From Vicugna vicugna (lineage: Eukaryota), in assembly GCA_013265495.1 (NCBI GenBank), contig MU062317.1, positions 434,001 through 498,000 on the forward strand: DNA of 64,000 nucleotides, given 5' to 3'. The position numbers and the translations under genes were made by a program. Shown piece after piece: positions 23,577 through 35,500 of this stretch. How positions within the stretch are numbered: position 1 is the first letter of the stretch; the number at the start of each line of letters is the position of its first letter. The notes below the pieces were generated by a model. That model saw nothing but the letters and a program-made list of their open reading frames with translations. It was not told where the DNA came from and ran no database searches.

Positions 23577-26500
23577 GTGGGCCGGGCCAGGGGCCGCGGG
23601 CGGGGGGCTCTCAGGAGCAGGCGGGCTCTGGCCTCCGCTTTGTTATCTGAGTTTTATTATGACTCAGACGGCAGAGCCACTGGAGGGTCGGGTTCCCCGT
23701 GGATTCACCAGCCTAGTTACCTCCTGGATTTCCTTCCTTCTGTTTGTAAAGACTTGTTTACCCTTTTCCTGATAGCAGTAGCCCATGCTCGCCTGAGCAG
23801 TGTGCGCGTGCAGAGGATGGGGGGAAGGGCCCTGCCGCGCCCTCGACTGAGCTCCGTGGTAGAGGTTTTGCATCTGGCAGCTTTCGTGTAGCTTGGGACT
23901 TTGACCCAGAAAGTCTCTTTCGAATCCATCTGGAATGTTTGTACACCTTCAAAAATGCTCACTACTTGAGCGATGTAGTACTAGTGAGTGTGTTTCTGAA
24001 ACCTTGAAGTCTTTTCCTGAGAGGCCTTCATTCTTCCCCAAAAGTGGAGGCAGAGTTCGTTGTGGAGAAGCCCCCAGGCCTGGTCAGGCCCCCTACACAT
24101 CCTCAATGTCAGCCGCCTGAGGCCACTCGCCTCCCGGGCTGTCACCTCCTCGTGACTTGTTTTCCGAGATCGAGTAGAAGGTGCTGTTTGCTCCAGACTC
24201 ACAAATGTGTGAACATGCATGACGTTTAAATTCAGTCATACACTTGCCACTTACTTTTATTCAGAAGATGTATTGCTGAAAAGTTGAATGTAAATCCTAT
24301 TTAAAATTCAAATATATTTTCTTTTTAGAGTTGTTGAGGGGCCTCAACAATTAGGGCTCCATTCTCAATGAACTGAGAAATTAAACAGGAGTAAGCAGAT
24401 GGGGGTAGACAGCCCCTTTCTTGCTGCTGAAGCTGATAACTGGGACCGAGGGCCTTATCTGCAGGCAAGGAAGCGTCCCGGGCCTGCCCCAGCTGCGCGC
24501 CGCCCTGCCCAGCCAGGGCAGCCTCCTGGGTGCCACGGGCGGGCGGGAGGGACGGGGGAGGAACACCCCACGCAGGCAGCCCGGGGCACATCCATACCCA
24601 CCCCCTGCACTCACAAGTCAGTCCAGTTCTGCCTCTCCCCAGGCCGGAGGCCCGGAGTGAGCTGGGGCCACGGTTTTATGCGAACGTCTTCCATTCCCCC
24701 GCCTCCCCTGCCTGCATCCCCCTCCGGAAGAGGTCCTTTAGGCTAGATGCGCTTGTTCGGTGTTCATGCGTGAATCAAAGGTCCTTGACTGTACGGCCCG
24801 GACCCCGTTTCTAGAAGTATTTATACGAGCAATACTAACATGATTCTTTCCTGTACTGACACGGTGCCCCTTCTGGGACATGCCCTCTCCTCGTTTTAGC
24901 AGTAGGCTTTCCAGTCCCCCCAAAGAAAGGGGATACGCACCTGGATCACCACTCAGACTCATCCTGGGCTGGGCCTGGGGTCTCCTGCCTTCAACACAGC
25001 GTTCCCTGAGGTCAGGCGCATCATACGGAGGCAAAGCAAAGTGCCCTCAAACCAAGTCTCCCGAGGGAGGGCAGGGCGCTGTTAGCCCAGGTCAGAGGGC
25101 CTAATAGGGCTGTACTGGGGGGGCCCTGGGGGGCTTTACAGGGCACAAAGGAATTGCCTCCAGTGTCTCTCCAGCGTGGGAATCCACAGGGCCTGCCGTC
25201 TTCAGGGCGCGAGACAGCCTCCCCAAGAGAGCACAAAGTTTACACCAATGACCAGAGCCTCCAGGCAGGAACTTTTTGTCAAATTATTTTTATTCAAAAA
25301 GAAATCAGGGCGAGCAGAGCTCAGTGGCAGAGCACACACTCAGCACGCACGGAGTCCTGGGTTCAATCCCCAGCACCTCCATTAAAAAAAAAAAAGCAAA
25401 ACTCAAGAGACACATAGAGCTGTCAGTTTGTCCTGAAAAATGACACACCAGCCTTTTTAGGTCATGTCAGCCTTAAAAATCAAACAGCCAGGGGTCTTAC
25501 TAGCAAAGTGAGCTTACTTCACGGCGGCAAGGAACTGCAGTTCGGAACATGCAGACTGTGGCGAAACCGCAGGAAATGTGGGGGACAAAGGAGGGAGAGG
25601 AACGTTACTTAATGGAGAAAAGGAGGAGGTTGGGAGGGGCTGCTGGGAACAAAGCCCCCAGGAGGGGAGCGAGGGTCCCGGCCGCTGACATTTCCCGTTG
25701 GCCGGGCCGTGGCTGGGCAGGGAGGAAGTCCACCTCTGCAGGCACAGCGCAGCCAGCTGCTTCCCGCCCAGGAGCGAGGTCAGGGACACCCCCGAGAGCC
25801 CCCTTCAGGGCCCCCGGCTCTGCTTTGGACGAGGTTTCCCTTTGTTCACTTGCAGAGTGTGTTGTTTCTTCCTTTAATCAGCTTGAGGGTTTTTCTGGTT
25901 CATCTATAAACTCTTGATAAGCTGCATTTGAACAGCTGAGTCATAGCCCTTTTTTTTAAAGGGTTTTAAAATACACAACTTCAAAAAAATACAATTTGAA
26001 AATTTTGTCAGTTGTCTTAATTTTCTTTAAACAATTTTGGAGGTTGTTTAAAAAATAATAAAGGATTTTTTTCACAATAGATTACCAAGAGTCCTTATGT
26101 CTAGAGTGGTCTCACCACAAGTTACAACGCGTGTGCCTTGCGTTTAAACACAGCACATGTCGCCCGTGTCTAAAGCGGCACTTGGCTGAAGTGGGGAGGG
26201 AGGGTGTTGGAGGTTCGAGCTGCTGGTCCCCGGTCCTGGCTGCCCTCCTGCCTCACGAGCACTCCCCTTACAACCTGTGCATTTTTGAAATCTCAAGTGT
26301 TCGGGAACCCCAAGGATCACAACCCCAGAACAAGCCCGCTCAGCCCGCGGTCACCAGCTCTCCCCCACCCCCGCTCACCCTGCCGTGTCCCTCAGCTACA
26401 CACAGAGGTTCCCACCCGCCCTGCCTGGTCTAGCCTGACGTTCCTTTCTGTGCCCTTCCTCCTTCTGTCCTGACCGCCCGCCCGCCTGCAGCCAGGTCAC

Positions 26501-29500
26501 CACATCACAGCAGGGAGCCATCAGGCAGAGCTGGGGGGCTCTGGCCATCCTGTTAGGAGTTAAGGACAGGCGTGGGCCATGGGGTGGGCTGCGGGCCACT
26601 GCTGAGGTGGGAAAAGCTGGGGGAGGAGGCTGGTGGGGGTGGAATGGGGGAGCTGGGCGGGGGTGGGTTTTGTCTGTCACCTCGAATGCCTTGTGGGCGC
26701 ATCCATGGAACATCAGGTTGCCGGCTGGATGCGCAGGTTCAGACACAGGTGGTGTTCACTTGGGGTTCTTCGTGATAGAACTGATGGGATCCCCTCCAGT
26801 GGGTCTTGCTGGAGCAGGGAGCCCGGCACCTGACCCAGACGCAGGAGTCCAGGCACAATCGGGCTTGGACAGGGAGGCAGCCTGAGGCAGGAAGGGGCCA
26901 GGAGGGGTGGCCAGGTGGGCCAGGCTCGTGGGCTGAGCAAGGTCAGGGCTGGGAGGTGCAGGTCACAGTCAGCATCACAGAGGTCAGAGTGGCCTTCACA
27001 AGAGTGACCTGTGACATTGGCTGGGGTGGCAGCTGAGAAACGGGCTGCGAGCCGGGGAGGGATTCAGGATCACGGGAGGGTTCCCTACAAAGGGGGTCCT
27101 AGAGTCTGTCTGTGTGAGGTCGGGAGGAGGCCGATCGGGTCGAAAGAAAAGGCAGGCTGGCTTGGCTGGGAGAAGAGGAGAGAGAGGGGCCAGGCGGGCC
27201 AGTGGATGGTCTACCAAGGCGCTCATGCAGGGTCGGACACTGGTGTTGGAAGGGCCTTTCCCAACAGCCCATCCTCGGTGCTTCCCCGCTCTGATGCCCT
27301 GGGCAGCCCACTGCTGTGTGCAGCCGGTGCTCTGTGTCGCCTGGGCACGATTATACACCTCGAGAGAGGTTTCCAGCGCACTGAGTCACTTCTGAGCAGG
27401 AGGAGCAGCTCCGGTGGGGACAGGTTCCTCCTCTGGGCTGCTGCGTGTGAGGGGCACGGGGCCGACTGACCGCTGCTCCATCAGCTCAGGGTTCTGGGAA
27501 GCAAGGGGATTTAGGTTCCTGTGGAAAATCCTGCGACTCACTAGCACAGCCTCTTTAGATTGATGTGTGACTCGTGATTAACTTGAAGTTTCATTCAAAC
27601 CATGAACTAACTGCTCAAAGTGTGGTTCACACCGGGGGCGGCAGACCCCATCACACCTTCGCTCGGAGCCCCTGCTCCAACTGTGAGGCTGCGGGGACGG
27701 GGCTGGTGGCCTCGCGGCCTCGGACCCACAGACCGGCCACGTCACGTGGAAGCAGGGTGCAGACATCCAGAAGCCCTCTGCGGGGATCGTGCGGAAAAAA
27801 CAAAGTGTGTTTGCTTTCAGATTTTGCCAGTTTCCACAAGAAATTGTTCTGCAAATGGTGGAGCGGTGTCGAGTGAGAAAGCTGCAGCTGCTGGCCCATC
27901 AGTGCCTGATCCCGAGCAAGGTGGAGTTCTACGTGGGCCAGAGCCTGCCCGAGCGCCTCGCACCGCGCCCGGCCGAGCGCTTTCGAAGGCTTGGGTGAGG
28001 ACGGATTCAGAATGTATGGTGGCAACTTTCAGCCAGGCCAGTTCCACCTCAAAGCAGTGAAAGCCAAGGAACTGCCCCTTGCTCTTGGTCCTCCTCTAGG
28101 TCCTCGCATGTGGGTCAAGGTTGCGCGATTTCCTAACACCTGCCTCGTGGTGAATGCGCTTACTAAGCCAGGCCACCGTTGTATCAGCAGCGTTCAACCC
28201 CCCTTTCCAGGGGCAGAACTTGTCCTAAGACAGGCTGTTTAGAAGTTGACTTGGCGGCTTTTTTCCTAGGACTTTTTCAATCCAAACCTAAGTTTTCCTT
28301 GGAACCCACTGAGCTCAGAGGGTACAGAGGGGCAGCGTATTTCCGAACCAACGTGATTCTGGAGTCGAGTTTTTTCTTGCAGGTACGTGTCTCTCTGTGA
28401 CAATGAAAAGACAGGCTGCAAAGCCCGGGAACTGAAGTCCGTTTATGTGGACGCAGTGGGGCAGTTCCTGAAGCTGGTCTTTCACCAGAACCATGTCAAC
28501 AAGTACAACGTGTACAACCAGGTGAGGCGCTCGGGCCCCCGGGCGCCCGCCCCCAGGACTCGTCCTCCCCCTCAGGGCGTTTCAGGCTCTCTTTTGTTCT
28601 TACTGTATTAGTTTTAATATCTAATCAGCATTTAAAAGTTTCCCAGCAACACAAAGGAATATTTTACCTTTGAAACATTAATTAAAACTGTGCTTACATA
28701 TGTATATGTAACCGTTACCACTAACATAAGCTACTCTATTTTAACACTTTTCAACGAGGTAAGCAGAATTTTCTGTACCAAAGTACCGTATTATTATTAT
28801 TTGAAAATGTCCACAAGGCAATATCAGTTACATTAGCATCTGTTACAGAGTCATAAAATGCATAGAACGTCAGCAGCCGACAACATTATGCTTTAGAAAG
28901 AGCGCCCCCTTCACAGCGTGACGGGCTCAGAGGAGCCCGTTTGACATCAGACTGCCCAGCGGGGGGCATCTGTGCGGAAGGGTCGGGCGGCCCGTGGCCG
29001 CACCCTTTGCTTGGGAGCCCCGGCCACGCTGGCTGTGCGCGCCCGGAGCGGGGCCGGTCCAGCTGCGGGGGCCGCGCACCGGCTAGGCTCAGTCGCGCGA
29101 GGGGGTGACGCTGTTCAGCTGTTAGGCTTCGACATGTTACTAAGATCAGTTTCCTCTGCTTCTTTCACACCCTTTCCTGTGTCTACTAGAGAACTTACAA
29201 TCGCACACATGATTTGCGTTGTGTTTCTGTTGGACAGCACCGCTCCGGGTAAACCCACTACACTTGTGCGAGCTGCAGCCCCTGGTGGAAATTGGGAACC
29301 TTGTTTCATGTCATGTGCAATCCAGGATCTCTCTAGCTCCCAGCCTCCCTTTCTTTCTTTTTCCTTTTTTTTTTTTTTGGCATAATTAACGGAGTGGAAA
29401 TCACTGGTGTCCAAAGCAATCTTTTTCGAGCAAACTCGCACAAATATTTACCACACTCCCAGCCCCTCCAAGAGGCCGGCAGGCATGCCCACCAGGCAGA

Positions 29501-32500
29501 GCTCTGTGCGGAGCCGGGTGGGGAAGGGGGGCTCGGGTGGAGCGCTGTGGGCAGCTAACTGGGGTGATTCCGAGCCTCTTCCTCCCTCTCCCACGTGCGA
29601 GTGCTCGCCATAACCCCCGCTTGTTAGCTCAGCTGCAGTGATTTGATTCTCGAGGAAGGGGGTCCGGGAAGGCGACTCCTCCCCGTCCGGGGAGAACCGC
29701 TGACTTAGACGAACCCAGCTGTGTTAACGTGGGTTTTCATTTCGTTGTCGAATTTACCACCATCGTAGAGAGATGACCCCATCCTTAACCTTGAGTGGAG
29801 AGTTCAAGGCAAGTCTGGGCTAAAGTGTCGGAGGGTTTTTAGCTATTGTTTTAACATCCTTCAGACCCTGGGTTCAGCATTAGAGCACGGACTTAGGTGA
29901 TTGACAGGAGTGGTGAACAGTGGTCCTGCGTGAGCATGAGGTTTTCCAGCTCACACCCTGTGACGTGCGCCTCCCATTTGAGGGCGAGTCAGTGAGAGTT
30001 TGTTACAAAGAGTTTAAGTCACACCAGACGTTTCACATGTAATTTGTATCAATCGACTCTCTCTCAGGTTGCTTTGGTTGCAATAAACATCATTGGAGAC
30101 CCTGCAGATGTCGGCGACGAAAGCGATGTTGTAAGTTTGGGACGTTCGTTCCTAAAGAGGATCATTTGTCTCTAACACGGAAGGATGGGAGGGGAGCATT
30201 TATTTTTGTCACAAAAAGTGTCATCCTAAAAATCTTTATCAGAGTGTCTGGTGAATACCTAGCAGGGCATTCTTGCAGCTGCTGTATATCAAACTGTCCT
30301 TGAGAATTTTAGTGTCCCTCCAGAGGACCGGGGTCGTCGAAGCTCGCTGATGTTTCTTACCGCGTTGTCTCCAGGTCAGGGTTTGTGTCACTCCTTTTCC
30401 TCTGAGACAGTAAGCGGGACTTCCTCTCCCCAAGGCCTCCAGGGAGAAGCTGATTGACCACTACCTGGGACACAGCACGGAGGACCCAGCTCTCGAAGGA
30501 ACTTGCACCGCGTAAGCATCCCCTGCAGGGCGGGAAACTTGCGTGACTTTCCCCGGAATCATGAAAGTGTGAGTCATCTCCAAAGGACCCTGGACTTGGG
30601 GGCCTCGGAATTGAGTCCGGAGCTGGAGGAGCCACTGACAGGGTTGTCCTGAACCCACCGCAGGTGAAGTCCCCTGTTTTATTTAGCGCACCCTCCACGC
30701 CCGCCCTTCAGAGATGACTGCATTTCTCGTGTGTTCAGGTGTTACTAGAGAGGTTCTAAGATGTGCTCAGATGAAGGGCCTGTCGCCACTGGCTGGCACC
30801 TCAGAGGCACAGGCAGGTTCACGGGTGAGACAGGAAGGTGTCACTTGGCCAGGTGGCCAGTTACCGGAGGCGCCATCTTGTCTGCTTTGGAACTTTCCTC
30901 AGGACGCGGACGCACGCCACATGGGTCTCTACAGGTCCCCTCCGGACACACCCTCAGTGACCGCCCTCTCGACCTCTCCGTCTTGCTGCTTCTCTTTAGC
31001 GGGTCAGGTGTGGAGAGCGAGGCTGAAGGGCCTGGTGGCAGGGTCCTGCCCACCCCCTGATCCCGGCGCCCCTGGGGCAGAGGCCTCCAGCACTCTTGCC
31101 ACGTGCCCACTGTCCACTGGAGCAAGGGGCCACTCCCCGGGTGCCCGGCCTAAAGAAGGGGATTCAGAACGATACCCAGTGTGTCCCTGTCAGCAGCTCC
31201 CCAGCAGAGAAAAGACAAGACGCCGCTGGGCTCCCGCGGCCGTGTGGTGTCTGCCGTGACTTGTGCGCCATCTCTCACACGGGGTCGGGTACTGGCGCGG
31301 CCGCTAAGCCGGCTTCTCTGCATCATACACGGAGTCGGTGATGGCCCGGGCGCCGGTGGCTCTGCCAGGCATGCACCCAGCGGCCAGTGAGCCTGCTCCC
31401 TGCAGGGCCCCATCCCCTGCAGCCTGGGCTCCATGGGGCCCTTGAGCCTGAGGCAGGGGCCACCATGGTGGCGGTGAGGGTGGCATGCTGGGCAGTGGTG
31501 TGTGAGAGGTCGTGACAAGAGTGACCTGCCACACCTGCACGAGCTCCTCCTCAGTCTCCACCCAGGTCCTCGGCCTGATGGGGTCCTTGCCTTTCAAGGT
31601 GGGGACGAGGGATGCTGGGGCGGGGGAGTGCAGCGCTAAGGATCAGGTGCTCGAGCCACTCCCCGCGGGTGTCATCGTGGGGCCGCTCTGGGGCTCCACC
31701 CTCGGTGACCCACGAGGCTGAGGAGCTGGGAGGGCGCTGGCTGGCCGGTCTTGGGGCCCCCGATGTGAGCTCTCTGGGGGTCTCGTTTCTCTTTAAGTCA
31801 GTTTTGCATCGCGTTGGCCAAGTGGGCCGGTGGACTGCAGTCCTGCCGCGTCCCCCCCATTCTTCTGGAAGGTGAAGTGAGGTCCTGAAAGGTTGTGTGC
31901 AGTGCCAGAGGCGCAACCCATCTCAGGCACCTGGGGCTCCTTGGGGCCCTGAGATGCCCGGAATTCCGACCCCGCTGTGTCCTTCATGGACCTCTGTGCT
32001 GCAGCGACGGCTTGGTTTCACCTCTAGATTTTCTAGGCGACGTGAGTTAGACTTGAGGGGTCAGTGCGCACTTGGGCACAGTAGCCCCGCGGATCTCATC
32101 AACACGTGGGCCCTGGGCTCTTCACTCGCCACTGAGATGAGGGGGTTCGAAGCCGCCCCGGCCTCCCTGCCCGCGGCTCCTCCTGCAAACTGCCTGAGGC
32201 CAGGGAGTCAGGAGGGGGACTTGGTGCTTTTGAAAGACGGCCTGGTCCCCTGTCCTGTTTGAATGTACTATTAACCCACCAAATTTCTACGACAGATGCT
32301 CTGTCTAATAAGTTCACCTGTGTGCAGGGCGTCCAGCTCACAGCCACCAGCAGCCTCCTTTCTGCCGCTGACCCAGCAGATCGGGAGGCTGTGAAAGGCG
32401 TCTGCCCAGCATTTCTGTTGGGTAGTTAGAGAACGTCAGGCCCGGAGGAGAGCTGCTGGCTGGCTGGCTGGAGGGCTGGAGGCGGGGAGGGGGGCACCTA

Positions 32501-35500
32501 TCAGGGCATTCAGGTGACTTGGGTCACTGACTCCGGGAGGGATCTTCCTGACTGCAGGGCTGGGCAGCCGCGTCTCACAGTCTGACGCCTTGAGGCTCAA
32601 GCCCGGGGTAGCAGTTCTCCATCTTTCATGTCCGTCACCGTTACTGCGGCAGGAAGTGCCTGCCTGGGCCACCGAGTCTGCCTCTGCCAGGGGACGGGCC
32701 TGGTCGCGGCTGGCTCTGGTTTCCCCACGTCTACCAATGATCCACGCGCACTGCCCTGTCCCTGCGCCCACAGCAGAGCCCGACATGGTCTGCACTCGGA
32801 GTGCCTGTCGAACGAGTGAGTGAAAACGAGTGAGTGGACGCGCTGAAGGTCAGATGCCCCGAGGGCAGCTAATTCATGGTCAAGCGCGTGAGCTGCGGCC
32901 TCAGAAAGACCCGCTGGGCTTGCTGCTTTGCGACCTGAGGCCTATCACGGGCTCCTCTGAGCCCCCACTTTCTCAGCAGGAAACATTCCAGTTTTGGAGG
33001 CAGGGGGGCACTTTCCAGACCACCCTGGTGTCTTCAGCCCTGAGCCCACAGGCCCCTCTTCTGCAGCATCACGTGGGCTGACGCCGGCCCTGAAATACTC
33101 TTTTCTTTCCTCTAGGAAATCTGACTATATCTCCCCGCTAGACGACTTAGCTTTTGACATGTACCAGGACCCGGAAGTGGCGCAGATTATACGCAAACTA
33201 GATGAAAGGAAACGCGAAGCCGTGCGGAAGGAGCGTTACGACTACGCTAAGAAGCTGAAGCAAGCCGTTGCCGATTTGCAGAAGGTACGTGTTCCGTCAC
33301 CCTGGTAGCTGTTCAGACCAGTGAGCAGGCCTCGGAGGCTGCGGGGGTCAGTGGGGGTTCAGGGCGGCGAGCACCACCCGGCCCCAGATGGATGAAAGCG
33401 CCTGGGACGGTGCGCTCCTCCAGAGTCGTCCTGGGCCCGAAAGGCCCATCACTCCCCATCCCCCGGGACGTGGGGACGGCCGCCCACACTGTCCTCCAGC
33501 ATTACTGCAAAGCCGACGCGTGTGCCCAGGTCGGGGAGCGGCTGGGCAGGTTCGAGGTGGAGAAGCGCTGCGCGGTGGAGAAGGAGGACTACGACCTGGC
33601 CAAGGAGAAGAAGCAGCAGATGGAGCGCTACCGCAGCCGTGTGTACGAGCAGCTGCGGCTGCATGACCTGCTGGACGCCGAGCTGGTGGGTGGGGCAGCC
33701 CGCGGGCAGCAGGTGGCTGCGGCCCCTGACGGCAGAGGAGGCGGTGGGGAGGCTCCCCACTGGGTCCCTCCATCTCCCCGGCCCCTGTCGGTGAACTGGT
33801 GGCGGCCCTGCCCCTCGCCCCCCTTGGGGCGTCAGCCGAGCATCACCCTGACGGCTCAGGCTGACTAGGGAGGGGTGGGGCAGGGGCCTCTGCCCTCGTC
33901 TCCAGAGCCCACGTCACAGGCCAGGACACTGAGGCCCAGCGCCAGCGCTTGGAGGATGGTGCTGGGGGTGCAGACTTGGGGGCTCCCTGCTGGGCCTGGT
34001 GCCCACCCTTCGGGTCCAGCTCTGCTGGCTTGGCCTCCACCCTTGGCCGCTCTGTGCCAGGCTTCCCCGCCCTGTCCACGGGGTGAGGAGGGGGTCGTGA
34101 CCACGTCGTCTGCCCAAAGCAGCAGGTAACACCCGCCCAGTCCTTGCGCTCCTCAGGGCGACCAGGGGCCACCAGCACCACTGCTTGGTCCTGCCTGGGT
34201 GCTGCCAGCCCTGCCCGCGGCTGCCCCAGCCCATCTGCCCCACACCGCAGCGCCCGTGCACATGTGCTCAGAGTCACACTGGCATTTGGCGTGCGTGTCG
34301 CTGGCGGGTCCACATGGGAACCACCCGGAGACGGTCCAAGGGCTGGAGGACGTTGTCGGTGTGGTTGCAGCCCTCTGCCTTCTGAAACCGCTCCCCCCCA
34401 CCCCAGGAGCAAGAGGGCTGGGCCTGGCATGGCAGTGACATGGGGAGTAAGTGTCCCATTTTCCCCCAGATGCGAAGGCCTCTTGACCTGCCCCTGCAGC
34501 CCCTCCTCCGCTCCGTCAGCCCCCACCACCAGCAGCTGGTGCCCTCACTGCCACCACCAGGACAACGAGGGGCAGGAAGCCACCTTGCAGACCCCTTCCT
34601 GCAGGAGAAGCCTTCGGCCCCTGCCCCAGACACTTCTCCTCAGTGCCCTGCGGTGGACCAGCCGCCGCCCACCACAGACCCTCCTCCCAAGACCCAGGTT
34701 GGTAACTCGGTGTCGCACCAGTACAGTTGATCAGCAGGTGTGGCGTGAGGACTGTGTGTGCGGGGCTTCCTGGTGCGGGCGGCATGTAGGGGGGCACGAG
34801 TGGGACACCCTTTCCTGCCTGTGTTCCAGGGGAGGGGCAGAGCGCCATGGCTGGGACGTGGGGACATAGGCAATCAGCCCCCGCCCAGTCCTGCCCCCTC
34901 GCCTGGCGGGGCTGAGGCACTCCCCACCCGGGCCCCTGCTTTCTGTCTGTGAACTTGCAGCCACCCACTCGGGGTCGTTCCCCGGACTGAGGGGAGTGTC
35001 TGTCAGGTACCCGACTTGAGGTGACCTCAGCAGAGCCTCGGCACACGCCGTGTGGTCACCGCACCTGCTAGAACTCCCTGTGTTGTAGGTAGTAGAAGGC
35101 CGGGCTCGAACCGGGGGGCTGCTGGCCTTTATAACCAGGAATTTAAGAGATTGTCGGGTTTCAGGTCGGTTTGATTCAGTAGCTCGGCAGTGTCAGCAAA
35201 GCCTGGCTTCTTCCTGTCCGGCGACTGTTTCCTGTGGTTCCGGGCACCCTAGGGGGACCCATCACGTGGCCCCCAGCCTCAGGGCTGCACGCTGTGCCAT
35301 CCAAGAGGAGCATGCATCCCACTGTGGGCAGAATCCCCAAGTCCTCCCTGATGAGTGCAGCCTCAGTCCCGCGCCCGCCCCAGGAGGGCGAGAACCAGAG
35401 GAGGCAGCGGTGCCGATGGCTCGTTAGGGCCTCCCTGGAGCGTCTGTGTGCTTGGCTGTGTGGCCGGTGGGCGCTGGGGAGGAAGGAAGGACGCGGGTGG

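Noticed and set aside
30082-30087. AATAAA inside CEP104 exon 5
   Set aside because: Explained by the conserved Ala-Ile-Asn codons; no downstream evidence of use.
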